Shown here piece after piece: positions 62,172 to 64,000 of a DNA stretch of 64,000 nt. The first letter of the stretch is position 1; each line of letters begins with the position of its first letter. Origin of the DNA: Candidatus Kapaibacteriota bacterium (GTDB lineage: Bacteria; Bacteroidota; Ignavibacteria; OLB7); the NCBI GenBank assembly GCA_048594725.1, contig JBMDXA010000167.1:496-64495 (forward strand). The letters run 5' to 3'. The notes under the pieces are model-generated. The model saw nothing but the letters and a program-made list of their open reading frames with translations. It searched no databases and was not told the origin of the DNA. A program made the translations under genes and the position numbers.

Positions 62172-62786
62172 GTGAGGACTGCCATGAATTACACGTATAA
62201 ATATCCGAGCAAGATCCAGAACATCAATGGACGCCGCTTCGGACATATCAACATCTCGGAAGAGTATCTGACACAAACGCATAACGAGCTCCTGAGCCGT
62301 CTGGATGTGCCGGAAAAGACGATTGCCGTACAGGTGGAGGTGAATGCTCCCAAGGAAAAGGTATGGGATGCAAGTGTGGGGTCGGCGACGAAGTTCTTTT
62401 CGCATCATCCGATCTTCGCCGGGCTCACCCATCTGAACTCCTTCAAGTCGGAGGAGGGGGGGCGTTTTGTGATCCATCGCGCGATCAACGGGTGCATCTT
62501 CGACCGTATGGGCGAGGTGCTGGTGAACATCCCGAACTCGCAGTTCACCGTCAGCGATGTGGAAATAGCGGATCCGAGCGTCAGCGGATTCTTCCCCTCG
62601 CTCTACACGATCAAGGTGGAAGATCATCCGGATGATCCCGAGAAGACCATCGTACTGCTGACCTATACGATGCTCGGTGTGGCCCACCCGTGGGCGCTCG
62701 GTGTACTGGCGTACCAGGCGAACGGTATCAAATACCACGCAGAACGCCAGAACAGCGAGGAAACCGACACGGAAGGGAACTCGTAA
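62172..62786 (+). CDS. Hypothetical protein
   Basis: 204 aa, lower GC than its neighbours, no recognisable motif. Preceded by a ~630-bp low-GC non-coding stretch. Confidence 0.4.
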   Translation: MRTAMNYTYKYPSKIQNINGRRFGHINISEEYLTQTHNELLSRLDVPEKTIAVQVEVNAPKEKVWDASVGSATKFFSHHPIFAGLTHLNSFKSEEGGRFVIHRAINGCIFDRMGEVLVNIPNSQFTVSDVEIADPSVSGFFPSLYTIKVEDHPDDPEKTIVLLTYTMLGVAHPWALGVLAYQANGIKYHAERQNSEETDTEGNS

Positions 62787-62988
62787 AGGCACATTGTGCT
62801 ACTATCATAGATCGTGAGGAGCCCCGGTATCGGAGATGATGCTGCGGGCTCCTCCGCGTTTACGGACAACCGGTACCGGAAAGGCACCGAAGTGGGAATG
62901 CCGGACGTGAGAGGCGCGTTACGTTCTATTAACAGCTATCACCCCCTGCTTCCCTAAGTTTGTTCTGGTCGCGGAGCATCCGCCCGGC

Positions 62989-63966
62989 ATGCAGCCGGGG
63001 CAGAGCGCTCCCCGGCCGCAAATAGAAATCAACCGCGGCCGCCTGCATGGCTTATCCGCGATTCTGGTGCAACCGAACGTAGACGTACAGATGACAGCGC
63101 AGCCAACTGGACAGGCGGGCGGACCGCAGAACCCGGTGATGCCGGGGGTGAAGAATACCATAGCAGTGGCCTCCGGGAAGGGAGGTGTCGGAAAATCGAC
63201 CGTAGCGGTTAATCTGGCGGTCTCGCTCGCTCTCGACGGGCATCGCGTCGGTCTTATCGACGCCGATATCTACGGCCCATCGGCCCCCCTTATGTTCGGT
63301 CTTACCGGACAGCGGCCGATGATGTTCGAAAACGACAAGGGTGAGCGCCGCCTGGTGCCGCTGGTGGCTCACGGGGTCAAGGTGATTTCGATCGGTTTTC
63401 TGGTCGATCCCGATCAGGCGGTGATCTGGCGCGGGCCGATGGCCTCCGGCGCGCTCAAGCAGTTCATGTCGGATGTGGAGTGGGAGGAACTCGATTATCT
63501 GATCTTCGATATGCCTCCGGGAACCGGCGATATCCAGCTTACGCTGGCGCAGTCGATCCCCCTTACCGGCTCGGTGATCGTCACCACGCCGCAGGATATC
63601 GCCCTGGCCGATGCCCGCAAGGGGCTGAAGATGTTCGAGCGGCTTCAGGTGCCGGTGCTGGGAATTATCGAGAATATGAGTTATTTCATTGCTCCCGATA
63701 CCGGCGCCCGGTATGATATCTTCTCGCATGGCGGCGGCGCCAGGGCGGCCCAGGAGATGAATATCCCCTTCCTCGGCGAAATCCCGCTGGTAATGGAACT
63801 GCGCAGCGGCGGCGACGAGGGGGTCCCGATGGTGATCGGCAAGCCCGATTCCGATCAGTCGAACAATATCAGGGAGATCGCCCGTACCCTTATCGGGCAG
63901 GTATCCACCGCCAATGCTACGCGGGGGATGCAGAAGCCCATCCAGATCATTCTGGGGGATCAGTAG
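62989..63966 (+). CDS. mrp: Mrp/NBP35 (ApbC) family iron-sulfur cluster carrier ATPase
   Basis: Deviant Walker A 'ASGKGGVGKSTVAVNLA', 'DADIYGPS', CxxC 'not present, but ParA/MinD fold pattern throughout'. The short N-terminal region means the usual DUF59 domain is absent or the start lies at a later Met. Confidence 0.85.
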   Translation: MQPGQSAPRPQIEINRGRLHGLSAILVQPNVDVQMTAQPTGQAGGPQNPVMPGVKNTIAVASGKGGVGKSTVAVNLAVSLALDGHRVGLIDADIYGPSAPLMFGLTGQRPMMFENDKGERRLVPLVAHGVKVISIGFLVDPDQAVIWRGPMASGALKQFMSDVEWEELDYLIFDMPPGTGDIQLTLAQSIPLTGSVIVTTPQDIALADARKGLKMFERLQVPVLGIIENMSYFIAPDTGARYDIFSHGGGARAAQEMNIPFLGEIPLVMELRSGGDEGVPMVIGKPDSDQSNNIREIARTLIGQVSTANATRGMQKPIQIILGDQ

Positions 63967-64000
63967 CTCCCTGGCTCATAGTTATCTCAGGAAGGATGGT

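Overview
The window is high-GC bacterial chromosomal DNA (about 63-65% GC by eye) with short low-GC islands. Gene content is mostly housekeeping: guaA, pepA, hsp20-dnaK, mnmE-mnmG, rmlD, sbcDC, clpC, acyl-CoA dehydrogenase, dus, queE, the infC-rpmI-rplT-pheS ribosomal cluster, ispE and mrp. Two secreted proteins end in a Por/T9SS-type C-terminal sorting domain, which suggests an FCB-group organism (Bacteroidota, Rhodothermota, Chlorobiota or Ignavibacteriota-like). I cannot assign the organism more precisely from sequence alone. Long reverse-strand ORFs inside genes are typical high-GC antisense artefacts and I did not call them. The stretches most worth a second look are: (1) a dense cluster of perfect and near-perfect DnaA boxes plus an AT-rich tract at 3.2-3.5 kb, a candidate oriC about 4.5 kb from mnmE-mnmG (the gidA region); (2) a four-gene pocket at 34.6-39.9 kb with an ArsI-type C-As lyase, a PDZ-7TM-GAF-PP2C membrane phosphatase, an ArsS-family radical SAM protein and an AhpD-like CxxC partner, with no arsM, arsR or arsenite pump in view; (3) two unusual T9SS cargo proteins (a tandem double WD40 propeller, and an acidic octad-repeat protein encoded by 24-bp DNA tandem repeats) beside an ECF sigma/anti-sigma pair; (4) a translationally coupled TPR protein and beta-barrel OMP followed by a SPOR protein. 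I found no tRNA, rRNA, CRISPR array or obvious mobile element.
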